A DNA stretch of 64,000 bases from Yuukianura sp. NJ FZ-2021. Lineage: Eukaryota. Where the stretch lies: positions 10,912,001-10,976,000 of the forward strand of contig CM102290.1 of the NCBI GenBank assembly GCA_046563655.1, given 5' to 3'. This document shows positions 18,499 to 34,138 of this stretch, in pieces. Every line of letters starts with the position of its first letter. The first letter of the stretch is position 1. The notes below the pieces were generated by a model. That model searched no databases, had not been told where the DNA came from, and saw nothing but the letters and a program-made list of their open reading frames with translations. The translations under genes and the position numbers were made by a program.

Positions 18499-20724
18499 CA
18501 AAGTTTTTAAAAAGTTAAATAAAATTTTGAAAATTTATATCTCGTGAACGGAAAGCAATAGAGAGCTAATCTCTTCATGAAAAACCTTCAAAACAGATGA
18601 AGAAATTTTAGAAATATTGAAAACTCCAAAATGGAACATCAAGTTTTTCGTCAAATTTTGAAAAAAACCATGGACTATAGTCCATGGTTTTTTGTGAAAT
18701 TTGGTCAAAATCTAAGGGTACCTTTTTATATTTTCTAAAAATACTATATATTTTTGTGAATTCAGGGGCGAAGAGTTTACCTTTCTATCGCTTTCCGCTC
18801 CCGAGTTATGAATTTTGAAAGTTTTTGAAAATTAAAATAAAATTTGGAAAATTTATATCTCAAGAACGGAGAACGATAGAGAGCCAATCTCTTCACGAAA
18901 AGGTTTCAATAAATGTGAAGAATTTTTAGAAATTCTGAAAACTCCAAAATCGAACATCACGTTTTTCGTCAAATTTTGAAAAAAACCATGGACTATAGTC
19001 CATGGTTTTTTGTGAAATTTGGTCAAAATCTAAGGGTACCTTTTTATATTTTCTAAAAATACTATATATTTTTGTGAATTCAGGGGCGAAGAGTTTACCT
19101 TTCTATCGCTTTCCGTTCCCGAGTTATGAATTTTGAAAGTTTTTGAAAATTAAAATAAAATTTTGAAAATTTATATCTCAAGAACGGAGAACGATAGAGA
19201 GCCAATCTCTTCACGAAAATGTTTCAATAAATGTGAAGAATTTTTAGAAATTCTGAAAACTCCAAAATCGAACATCACGTTTTTCGTCAAATTTTGAAAA
19301 AAACCATGGACTATAGTCCATGGTTTTTTGTGAAATTTGGTCAAAATCTAAGGGTACCTTTTTATATTTTCTAAAAATACTATATATTTTTGTGAATTCA
19401 GGGGCGAAGAGTTTACCTTTCTATCGCTTTCCGTTCTCGAGTTATGAATTTTGAAAGTTTTTGAAAATTAAAATGAAATTTTGAAAATTTATATCTCATG
19501 AACAGAAAGCGATAGAGACCTATTCTCTTCACGAAAAGGTTTCAATAAATGTGAAGAATTTTTAGAAATTCTGAAAACTCCAAAATCGAACATCACGTTT
19601 TTCGTCAAATTTTGAAAAAAACCATGGACTATAGTCCATGGATTTTTTCGAAATTTGGTCAAAATCTAAGGGTACCTTTTTATATTTTCTAAAAATACTA
19701 TATATTTTTGTGAATTCAGGAGCGAAGAGTTTACCTTTCTATTGCTTTTAGTTCCCGAGTTATGAATTTTGAAAGTTTTTGAAAATTAAAATAAAATTTT
19801 GAAAATTTATATCTCAAGAACGGAGAACGATAGAAAGCCAATCTCTTCACGAAAAGGTTTCAATAAATGTGAAGAATTTTTAGAAATTCTGAAAACTCCA
19901 AAATCGAACATCACGTTTTTCGTCAAATTTTGAAAAAAACCATGGACTATAGTCCATGGTTTTTTGTGAAATTTGGTCAAAATCTAAGGGTACCTTTTTA
20001 TATTTTCTAAAAATACTATATATTTTTGTGAATTCAGGGGCGAAGAGTTTACCTTTCTATCGCTTTCCGTTCCCGAGTTATGAATTTTGAAAGTTTTTGA
20101 AAATTAAAATAAAATTTTGAAAATTTATATCTCAAGAACGGAGAACGATAGAGAGCCAATCTCTTCACGAAAAGGTTTCAATAAATGTGAAGAATTTTTA
20201 GAAATTCTGAAAACTCCAAAATCGAACATCACGTTTTTCGTCAAATTTTGAAAAAAACCATGGACTATAGTCCATGGTTTTTTGTGAAATTTGGTCAAAA
20301 TCTAAGGGTACCTTTTTATATTTTCTAAAAATACTATATATTTTTCTGAATTCAGGGGCGAAGAGTTTACCTTTCTATCGCTTTCCGTTCCCGAGTTATG
20401 AATTTTGAAAGTTTTTGAAAATTAAAATAAAATTTTGAAAATTTATATCTCAAGAACGGAGAACGATAGAGAGCCAATCTCTTCACGAAAAGGTTTCAAT
20501 AAATGTGAAGAATTTTTAGAAATTCTGAAAACTCCAAAATCGAACATCACGTTTTTCGTCAAATTTTGAAAAAAACCATGGACTATAGTCCATGGATTTT
20601 TTCGAAATTTGGTCAAAATCTAAGGGTACCTTTTTATATTTTCTAAAAATACTATATATTTTTGTGAATTCAGGAGCGAAGAGTTTACCTTCCTATTGCT
20701 TTTAGTTCCCGAGTTATGAATTTT
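18499..20724. repeat. Tandem array of 7 x 318-bp monomers, each an imperfect inverted repeat
   Basis: Core palindrome CCATGGACTATAGTCCATGG recurs at 18668, 18986, 19304, 19622, 19940, 20258 and 20576 (exact 318-bp spacing). Confidence 0.97.
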
Positions 20725-22137
20725 AATTGAATGAATTGTAATAACTTCACAAGCGTACGTATTTTCCAGAAAGTGTAAAAACTCTTAAAATATAAGGAAC
20801 AAAAAGACCCGGAGAAAAACATTGAACATCCGCTGGCTGCTTCGCGATACAGTTTCGCCAGAATTTGCTTTTACGACAGTCTTAGGTTTGGGTCATTTCA
20901 ATATTTTAAGTCGCTTGGTAGATTTTTATTGACTTGAAGTTACAGAGAAAAGTTGGCTATTAACAGAACAAATTCCCTGGGCGTTTGGTAATCCTGTTTC
21001 TCTTGTGATCGTTTTCATCATTTAGTAAATAGTAGTGGCAATCTTACATCTAAAAGCAAACGTGTTTCAAAAAACAAACCGAAATCCAAGGTGTTTCTGT
21101 TTGTGTTAAGAGTATTTTCATTATCAATTACTGAAGAAATTAACTTAATCCGCCTCCATAGACCCACTATCCTCATAGTTTTAGTAAATCAACCTGTAAT
21201 TAAAATCAAAGGTTAACTTAAAAGTGTGTCTTTATCTAACTAAAACCACAACCAAACTAATACGAATTCCCAATCTTGACTCAAATTGAAATGGAAGGAA
21301 ACAAGGGTGTTTTAAGTCAGGCAGTCACTACGGTCAGTTCGTTTGAAACTGCGCTGTTTTCTGAATGTTGAGCTAAAAAACTGAAGAAAAAGTTGGAACT
21401 TCGAATACAAAGACCAGGATGGATACTTTGCCATTGCAAAGAAAAAGTTAAAAAGTCTTGCTCTGTCTTCAACGTGGAAGAAGTGGAATTTAGAGGATTT
21501 TTTTTACGAGGTCGACGATTTGATCATCACCTCCTCAATTTTTCACTAACTTCCGTTTTGATGACTTTTACATACAAAGACAGGTACTTGAACTAATAAG
21601 GCTAACAATCACATTATACAACAACGGCCCTGCTCGCACTGCGCAGAAGTCGAAGCGATTCTACAATAGCTTAAGTCTAAAAAAGCGCCACTACTAGGAC
21701 CAACCAAGGTCGGCTTGGTCAAATAGTACACGCAGAGCCTAGAAAAAAAAACGTTTTTGTCTCCTGTGGGGCCAGACCCACGCAGCAGCTACAAAAGTTT
21801 GGCCTTCCTTAAAGTCTGGAAGAGGGAGCAGAGCCTTGGTGTATTACCAAATATAGTTAGTGTAGAAATTTCTTGTAGAGAAATGCCGCAATGGTGCTGC
21901 TTCTCTAACATATTTAGGTCCGCAGCAGTTTTTGTAAATGCAATTATGTAGACATTAAGCTTGATGAAAATACAAAAAGAAAATCCAGTGCTGTCCAACC
22001 CCAGTCAATCCAGAAACGGCGACAGATTTCAATAGATAGTAGAGTCCATTCCTCAGTGCCTCAGTAAACTTGGCTCGCGTATTATGTAGTAACCACCTAA
22101 AAAGTAGAACAGAAAATTTTTAGCCGACCTATGTACC

Positions 22138-23266
22138 AAATCACTCTTTCTAAATAGCATAATTCCAAATTCCAAAAAGTTAAAAGTTTAGTAGGAAAAT
22201 CACTCTTTCTAAATGACATAATTCGAAATTCCAAAAAGTTAAGAGTTTAGTAGGAAAATCACTCTTTCTAAATAGCATAATTCCAAATTCCAAAACGTTA
22301 AGAGTTTAGTAGGAAAATCACTCTTTCTAAATAGCATAATTCCAAATTCCAAAACGTTAAAAGTTTAGTAGGAAAATCACTCTTTCTAAATAGCATAATT
22401 CCAAATTCCAAAACGTTAAAAGTTTAGTAGGAAAATCACTCTTTCTAAATAGCATAATTCCAAATTCCAAAAAATTAAAAGTTTAGTAGGAAAATCACTC
22501 TTTCTAAATGACATAATTCGAAATTCCAAAAAGTTAAGAGTTTAGTAGGAAAATCACTCTTTCTAAATAGCATAATTCCAAATTCCAAAACGTTAAAAGT
22601 TTAGTAGGAAAATCACTCTTTCTAAATGACATAATTCGAAATTCCAAAAAGTTAAGAGTTTAGTAGGAAAATCACTCTTTCTAAATAGCATAATTCCAAA
22701 TTCCAAAACGTTAAAAGTTTAGTAGGAAAATCACTCTTTCTAAATGACATAATTCGAAATTCCAAAAAGTTAAGAGTTTAGTAGGAAAATCACTCTTTCT
22801 AAATAGCATAATTCCAAATTCCAAAACGTTAAAAGTTTAGTAGGAAAATCACTCTTTCTAAATAGCATAATTCCAAATTCCAAAAAGTTAAAAGTTTAGT
22901 AGGAAAATCACTCTTTCTAAATAGCATAATTCGAAATTCCAAAAAGTTAAGAGTTTAGTAGGAAAATCACTCTTTCTAAATAGCATAATTCCAAATTCCA
23001 AAACGTTAAAAGTTTAGTAGGAAAATCACTCTTTCTAAATAGCATAATTCCAAATTCCAAAAAGTTAAAAGTTTAGTAGGAAAATCACTCTTTCTAAATA
23101 GCATAATTCCAAATTCCAAAACGTTAAAAGTTTAGTAGGAAAATCACTCTTTCTAAATAGCATAATTCCAAATTCCAAAACGTTAAAAGTTTAGTAGGAA
23201 AATCACTCTTTCTAAATAGCATAATTCCAAATTCCAAAAAGTTAAAAGTTTAGTAGGAAAATCACT
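22138..23266. repeat. 59-bp tandem repeat, about 19 copies
   Basis: Unit AAATCACTCTTTCTAAATAGCATAATTCCAAATTCCAAAA(A/C)GTTAAAAGTTTAGTAGGA, with a recurring variant (TGACATAATTCG...AAGAG). Confidence 0.97.
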
Positions 23267-23391
23267 AGTACCACTTCTCGACCACCTACCACTTGCCCAA
23301 CCACTTCGCGGCCACCGACCACTTGCGGGCTACTGTTCCCCTTGTACTATTTATGTAAGATTTTAAGCTCATTTATGCTTACCATGTGTAA

Positions 23392-27317
<3,926 letters not shown>

Positions 27318-28160
27318 GATGATGATGACTAATTAAGACACGGCTGTGATGAATCGTCGGTGTGAAGTGTAGTCAACCGTAACAAGCAGCCAGCTGACCT
27401 TCTCCCTGCCTTCCCTTGGAAATATTACGCTAAAGTGACAGGGAATGAAGACACTGAATGGTAATGGTCGCCGGATGCTTGCCTCGCCCACACTCTCAGA
27501 GAATCTGAAAATTAGGATAAAGTTATGAATCACATGGTACACAAATGCCAGGAATCAGTAATCTGGTAACATCTAATCCTAATCATTAACGTTACACGAA
27601 TTGAGACAAAGGAAATAAGGCTGTACTTTGTTGTCTCACCTGTTCGAACCGTGTGTTTATTTCTGATGACTGAAGACTGAAGTTAAGTTTGATGATGGTA
27701 ATAATAAGAATTAACTGTCAGTTTCTCCCTTTGTCAGTGAAGTGACGTCGACGTCTATGTGGTTCCTCCTCCCTTGATTTCCAAAAGCAAAAGTGAATGA
27801 CGAGGAGAAAGTGTAGATAGACTATGAGCTTCCTTGCTGCTCAAGTTCACACTGGGTGAATAATACCAAAAAGTAAAAAGTAAAAACCAAAGACCAAGGC
27901 AGAACGAACGGGTGATTAATTCAAAATTCGAAATTTCCCGCCTTTCCCTCCAAATTTTGGCAAATCTTTCCAAACCCGGTGAGTGCCAATAGTCTGTTGG
28001 ATTGCATAAATAGTTAGCAAGAAATAAGATGATTGCCACAAATTAAAAGTTGCAGAAATCAATTGACAGAAGTGCATTGTTTCCATTAAATGAAAATGTT
28101 GAATTAATCATGTTATAAATCATGAGAATTGATCCTTGCTTTGTATCCAGTTCGAGAGAC

Positions 28161-28979
28161 TTAAACGAATCTGGACGGAGTCAAAATGTTAAGTTCCGCG
28201 AAAACTTCGTCCATGCAATCCATAACGTCGACGTAGGTCACCGATATTTTTTTCTTCCCATCCAGTGTAATAGTTGCTCCTTCAAAGTGATGCAGGATCA
28301 TTGGAGTGCGCAACTCAAACATGATGTTTCTCCAGGCCGTAGCATCAGCTTTATGTTCTGGAGAAGCTTTACTTGGAAGCTTGTAAGCCAATCGGTGGAT
28401 AGCTTCCGGTTGCTCTAGTCGCATATAGATTATCATAGAGATTGGGGCGATCTGGAGACATAAAAAACATTAATTGAATTTTAGCCCAAGAATTAACAGT
28501 GAATCTTAGGAAGCATGACGCACGTATTGTTCAAACTCCATAGCCTGTTGTAAGTTCCGAGGATAACCGTCCAATATGAATCCACTGCTCTGGTAGAGGT
28601 AGTCACACATGTACCGCTTGACCATTTCCAAAACAATGATTCTGGGTAGAAGTGACTTATCGACGTATGTGATATCTTCCAGAATATGTCCCATCACCGT
28701 CCCGTCGATGATATGTTTCTTGATAATTTGGATGACATTGACTCGGCGGAGCTTGTAGCGTGCATACATACATCGCATCATGGTGTTCTTCCCAGTCCTT
28801 GACTTTCCCAAGAAGAGAATTACTGGACTGCCCATGGACTGGAGACACCAGCTAGCCTGTAGATAGATAATGAATTAACCAACGTCTGTCATTTCAATTT
28901 AAAGTTTTACTAATAATTGTTTCCGACGTACCGTATCCCCTGTGGGGGGCTTCTTCGGGTTACAAAACATCATGCCCAT
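28161..28979 (-). CDS. Divergent adenylate kinase / NMP-kinase family protein, 223 aa; exons 28979-28932, 28856-28524, 28451-28161
   Basis: In-phase GT-AG junctions join MGMMFCNPKKPPTGDT/ASWCLQSMGSPVILFLGKSRTGKNT...GFILDGYPRNLQQAMEFEQY/IAPISMIIY... The GFILDGYPR..QA..F signature and N-terminal P-loop position are typical of the AK/UMP-CMP kinase family. Confidence 0.85.
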
Positions 28980-29546
28980 ATTGAAATCGTGGAGGTGTGA
29001 GTCTTCCTAAGTGACAAAGATCTGTTGAACTACTAAACGATTAGATTCTGGTACGAGTGTGAGTGAGTGGAATCAATCAAGGATTGACTGGGAAATATTT
29101 TGTCTCGGATAAGCTGCAAACGAAAACAGATCCGAGACTGATTGTTGCCATAAGCACCAAACGACTCGGCTACGCAAGAATTTTAAAGCGGTATATATAG
29201 TCGAGTCTGGAGTTTTAATTATAACTGCTATCTTGATAGTGAATGTAACATGTTCGTAAGACAGATCTGTTTGATTCCAATGCATAATTCGAAATATCAC
29301 TTTCACTGAAGTTAAAGCGGAATTAATCTACAGTAAATTACTTTCTCTCTGTAACATGTAGGAAAATATTAATTAATTTCGCGTTTGAGTAATCGAGCAC
29401 GACTAAATGACGGACCTAAACTTGAAGTAAATTGGGCACACTGTTTTAAATTGTCTAAATTTTACAAGAGGATAATAATTCAATAAATACCGGTAGAACT
29501 GCCCTGTGCTCCAACTGCATCGATAAAGTTCATCTGAGATTTCTGG

Positions 29547-30221
29547 TTATTTTGGCCATCTCTGCATTTGTCGTTGACCTCTACCAAGTCCTTGTCGATG
29601 GCCACCACGTCCAGGGATGAGACAATTTTTCACAACTCGATCTCCAGTTCCAGGCCATCGAAGCTCCTTATTGATAGGTTTTTCGGTGCACACTTCTGAG
29701 CAGAAGGGTTCCTCACATTTGGTGCAGGAAATCCCCAGTTGCGATGTACAGCGACAGTAGACTCGTTCATAGGCGTGTGAGCAGTCTCGAAAGGCACTCC
29801 ATTTGTTCAATTTGGAAAGCAACTCTTCGCACGACGTCGTACGTGTAATGGGTTTGCTAGCCGAAGTTGAGTCAGACTCAGGAGTCTCGTCGTCGTCGTC
29901 TAGTATTGAAAAGTCCCATGTTCCTCCCGGGCTGTATTTCGCAGTTGTTGCACGTTCCATTCTCCTGCAAAACGAGAGTTTATATTATTAGATCCAATTG
30001 ATATAAATTACAATCACTATCAATTATTACAAAGAGAACAGAACAATTGAACAATTTAAAGATCGTAATCGTACCCCATCCAGCAGGCATTAATCCGTAT
30101 AACTCAAATTTACTCTCAATTTGACTTACTCGGCGTTGCTAATCGCTGGAGTGACAGTAGCAGGCCCACGAGGATTGGCAATCCAGTCTTCATCCTCCCT
30201 GATGATGTTGCGCATATCCAT
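29547..30221 (-). CDS. Hypothetical Cys-rich protein, about 170 aa; exons 30221-30130 and 29964-29547
   Basis: Exon MDMRNIIREDEDW...SNA(E) ends at a gtaagt donor and joins in phase to the ttgcag acceptor of ORF 29547-29960. The product has an acidic/Ser linker followed by CSH...YCRC...CTKC...FCSEVC. The start codon is uncertain. Confidence 0.5.
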
Positions 30222-31698
30222 ATCGACTAATCTAAAATGAAAACGGCGCCCAGATTAATACATGAAGGGACACAGAATTACTACAATTACCTACCTGTAC
30301 TAACCCGTGTTAGCGTGTTCTTCGTATCCGGATTAGGATGACAGTTACACACACGGGACGGATTCAGTGTATTGCCGAAGGCGATAACAGACGATCAAAC
30401 AACCAATTAAACTATTAATTAAATTACTTACCAAGTTTACTCTTTAGTCACCGAAACCGAAAGTGTCAAAATAGCGTGCCCTTGGCCTCATTCGTGCGGT
30501 GTGCGGTCTGGTCTTCCCTAGTTCCTCACGTTTGAATGTTTATAAGTTGCTGAAAGAGCTTCTCACATCCTCGCACCTTTCACTCGCAGCTGGGCATTAC
30601 TTTTATAAAATCAATTTAAATCCAATTAACATTCAGCCAATTTGTTTAACAATTACCCGTTAATAAAAAACAGTATCAATTGCTAAAAGTAATTCATGAA
30701 AGATCGAATGAATTTAACAACGTCGTCGATAATATTTACAACTTCGTGCTGTATTGCACATGCTGGCTGTTCTTTTGCAATTTCTATTCTTTTCTTTACG
30801 CGTCAGTCTGTTGCGCTTGCGTAGCGTTCCTTCTTTGTCCGTCGTATGTTGTATTTCTGCGTCTTTCGTTTGGAATGTTTACAGGTTACGTTAATTACCT
30901 TATATTAGTTAATTAAGTTACTTCGTTGTCTCACCCCCTCAGTTCAAGACTTCAACTTCAGCGCTACAGTTCCGGACGCCTTTGGATAAACATTTCATGT
31001 CATGGTCATTTTATTCGAACCGTCGCAATGATGGGAGCCGTGCTCGTTCGCTTCTTGATTATGACACAAACTAATTGATACAACTAATTATAAGCAATAC
31101 TGCTGAGAGTACTATCAATCGTACTACTCGCTAATGAGATGGAGATGCGATCAGTTAGTTGATGGGCTGGATAAATGGAAGGGGTGGCAACGAGTGTTTC
31201 CGAGCATAACGTGGTTGGCAAGTACATCCGCTTTCTACTAGAATGTAGTCCTGTCCTGTTCGACAATTCCAAACTGTTGTTACCATTCGACAAGTTTGGC
31301 AGTATTTACGGTGCATTTTGAGTTCGCTAACCTGTGATTGAAACTGGCCCCAGCGGCAACACTAGGAATAAGTATGGTATGAAGGTCTGGACACATTCAC
31401 CGTGTATTACGTCACACTCGCTGGACTTGCATACTTGGAATACAACTTGCTGAAGGAGATCAGGGAATTTCTGGCCGTAATAAAACAAAACACTGACGGG
31501 TAATTGAATTCCAACATTTGAGTAACACTGACCGATTTTTGTGAAAAATAATCTAACCTGTACAATAGTGACCGGCTTTCCTGACGTTAGAGAAACTCCG
31601 TACAGAGGTGCTAAAGATTGCAAAGGAGATAGTACTGTTCAATTAATTGGTTCATGCACAATTAAAACTGTATGGATATATTTAACAATAAAGGTTAC

Positions 31699-32706
31699 CT
31701 GTCGTATTGTAAGTTGACGAACATAGCCTTGAAGGGAGGCACCCTTCAACCTCATCCTTGATGGAGTCTTTTGTGACGGTGGTTGTGTTTCCATTAGCTT
31801 CTTTTGATCGGCCTTTCCTGAGTCCTTGTCCCCTTGAACTTTGAGGCTCTTTTTGAAATAGGCCGCCACTTCTGTCTTCCTTAAAACTCCATTGAGAATC
31901 ATAACCATTTTGCATATGGAACGATCGAAGAAGAATCTGTCTCGTGGCTTCCGGTGACAATAATTCTGGGACTCCACCTTCGTACGTCCGTGCATGACGA
32001 AGTTGTCTCCCAGCCATTTTGGCAGCAAGTTCCCTACGAAAAAGAATGAAGTGTGTAAGATGAAATTCAAAGTGGTACAACTCCAAATACAAACGTAACT
32101 TATAATATTTTACGCGTTTGAGTCTAAGATTAACTAATTACCACGGATATGGTTGACCATCGACAGGGTTTAGAGCATTTGGATCATCGATGGCGTCCCC
32201 CGAGAGGTATTTGAGTTGATTAGAAGCAAGACTCAAGTCAGATAGAAACACAACTGAGCACCATAACGCTGCAACGGTGGCCATTGTTCTGTTTTTGGAG
32301 CCTCATACACAAGGTCGTTCCTGGTGCAAAATCGGCCTCTTCCTGTAAACCTTTGTCGCCCGGAGGATGAAAAATTTGGCAGCCACCAAGGTGTTGACAG
32401 GACGGTTGGACTGACGCGATTGAAGAGAAGAAAATGCCAAATAATCCCTTCCATGCCGTCTTCGTTTATTCTACAGGTTGAAAGAAAGGGAAAATCATAA
32501 CAACAATAGGATTTGGTCTTACAGAAAAAATGTCTCACTTCGTTGGGTCCGAAATTCCTCGTCTCTCCAAAACTCCAAATCTTCCACCTCGTCATAATGC
32601 CAGGGTCAACGTTTCCTTTATTCTTCCTTCGTGTCTCAATTGGTGAATTACCGGCTCATTTGCTCAGCTCAGAATCAGATCACCAGCCTTCTGAAGATTG
32701 AAGATT
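31699..32706 (-). pseudogene. Spliced gene relic of unknown family; exon-like blocks 32706-32523, 32470-32142, 32033-31699
   Basis: GC-richer blocks bounded by AG acceptors and GT donors and separated by short AT-rich introns, but with in-frame stops and frame changes (e.g. ...AGDLILS*ANEPV.../PWHYDEVEDLEFWRDEEF...). Confidence 0.35.
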
Positions 32707-32963
32707 CTAAAAAGATCGAAATGGGAATTAAAAGATTTTAGTGATGACGGACGACCGTAAAAATATCCAACTCTGAAGAAACTAAACTAAACAATGTATT
32801 ACTTTATATACAATATGCATTACCTGTTTACTTCATACAAAAGTACTAATACTTGGACAACAATGGATGAACATTGATGTCGTGTCCAGAGGCAGGTCAC
32901 CCCCTCCCTCCCTCCTCCCCCCCCCCCCTGTCCCCCCTCCTAACTTTCTGGAAGGTTCCACTA

Positions 32964-33196
32964 CAGTAGAGTTTCCCACTTATTCCATTTGCCAAATACA
33001 AAACAAATTGGAATTGCGCTACACTGGGGTTAGAAAGTTACATGAGTGGAGGTCAAATTGCCATTGGCAATTCCCCCATTTGCCATTTCACGCTTCATTT
33101 TGCCAGGTCACCGCCAATGTAACGGGTGCGAGTTTTGTACTTGTCAATTGAAATTGTTTTGTATTTGGCAAATGGAATAAGTGGGAAACTCTACTG
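32964..33196. mobile_element. 233-bp MITE, Tc1/mariner (pogo-like) type
   Basis: Perfect 43-bp TIRs CAGTAGAGTTTCCCACTTATTCCATTTGCCAAATACAAAACAA, TA on both flanks, CAGT...ACTG termini. Confidence 0.9.
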
Positions 33197-33273
33197 TATA
33201 TCGAAAACCGATCATAGCCAGTAACAGTCTCCATTGTTTTCCATATAGCAGTTGCTGAGCAGAAGAAGTTCAC

Positions 33274-33298
33274 TTTCTAGAACCTTCTAGAAGGTTCT
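33274..33298. promoter_or_regulatory. Heat-shock element (five alternating nGAAn units)
   Basis: tTTCtaGAAccTTCtaGAAggTTCt is a perfect match to the HSF-binding consensus; a YY1-like CGCCATTTT lies at 33317. Confidence 0.7.
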
Positions 33299-33461
33299 CG
33301 TTGTGATGTCGTCGGTCGCCATTTTGAAATCCCGCAGTGATTCTTAGAAACCCGGCCTGGGTAGACGTACTTTACGTTCCTCGCAAAAAAAACCGCAAAA
33401 GTTTCTCTTTTTTTTGCAACACCGTGCAAATTTCGTTTGTGCGGAACAATTTGTGAGCGAC

Positions 33462-34138
33462 CAGTGTCAATGGACAAGGACGACGGATGACATGGACATA
33501 CTCACGGTGGACAAACTGTAAAGTTCAAGGGCCCTCACTGTTACCTGGATATTTCCGAAGACTTCAAGACCCGACGTCGGTAAGTTGCCAATTTTTTTTT
33601 GTTTAGCTTATCCTTTCCTATCGTAATGTTTGACTTCAACTTTTGCGAAGTCAGTCTCTGCTTGACCAATCTTAAATGGACAAGGAAGGAAGACCTGGGA
33701 TGCCCTAACAGTAACAGTACTCACCGTGGACATACTACAGAGCTCAAGTGCCAGGACTGGAATGTGGATATTTGCGAAAACCACCACACGGCGGCAAGTT
33801 TTTGGCAACTTCAGCTTCTCTTTTCCTATCACAATCGCAATGTTTGACTTCTTTTTGCGAAGTCAATCTCTGCTTGACCAATCTTCAATGGACAAGGAAG
33901 GATGACCTAGGACACCTTAAGTACTAACTGTGGACAACCTACATAGCTCAAGTGCCAGGACTGGAATGATGTGGATATTTGCGAAAACCACCAGACGGCG
34001 GCAAGTTTTTGGCAACTTCATTTGAGCTTCTTTTTTCCTATCACAAATCACAATCAAGTTTGACTTCTTTTTGCGAAGTCAATCTCTGCTTGACCAATCT
34101 TCAATGGACAAGGATAAGGAAGGATGACCTAGGACACC
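33462..34138 (+). repeat. Degenerate ~210-bp direct repeat, about 3 copies
   Basis: TTTGACTTC..TTTGCGAAGTCA.TCTCTGCTTGACCAATCTT.AATGGACAAGGA recurs near 33630, 33843 and 34058, with a more diverged partial copy at 33470. Confidence 0.85.

Noticed and set aside
22138..23266. 59-bp array as a CRISPR array
   Set aside because: Units are contiguous with no unique spacers, the context is eukaryotic, and there are no cas genes.
30430..30600. In-frame TGA codons as selenocysteine recoding
   Set aside because: No recognisable selenoprotein motif or SECIS seen; decay is the simpler explanation.
32899..32941. C-rich tract (G-quadruplex potential on the minus strand)
   Set aside because: Low-complexity sequence with no further evidence of function.
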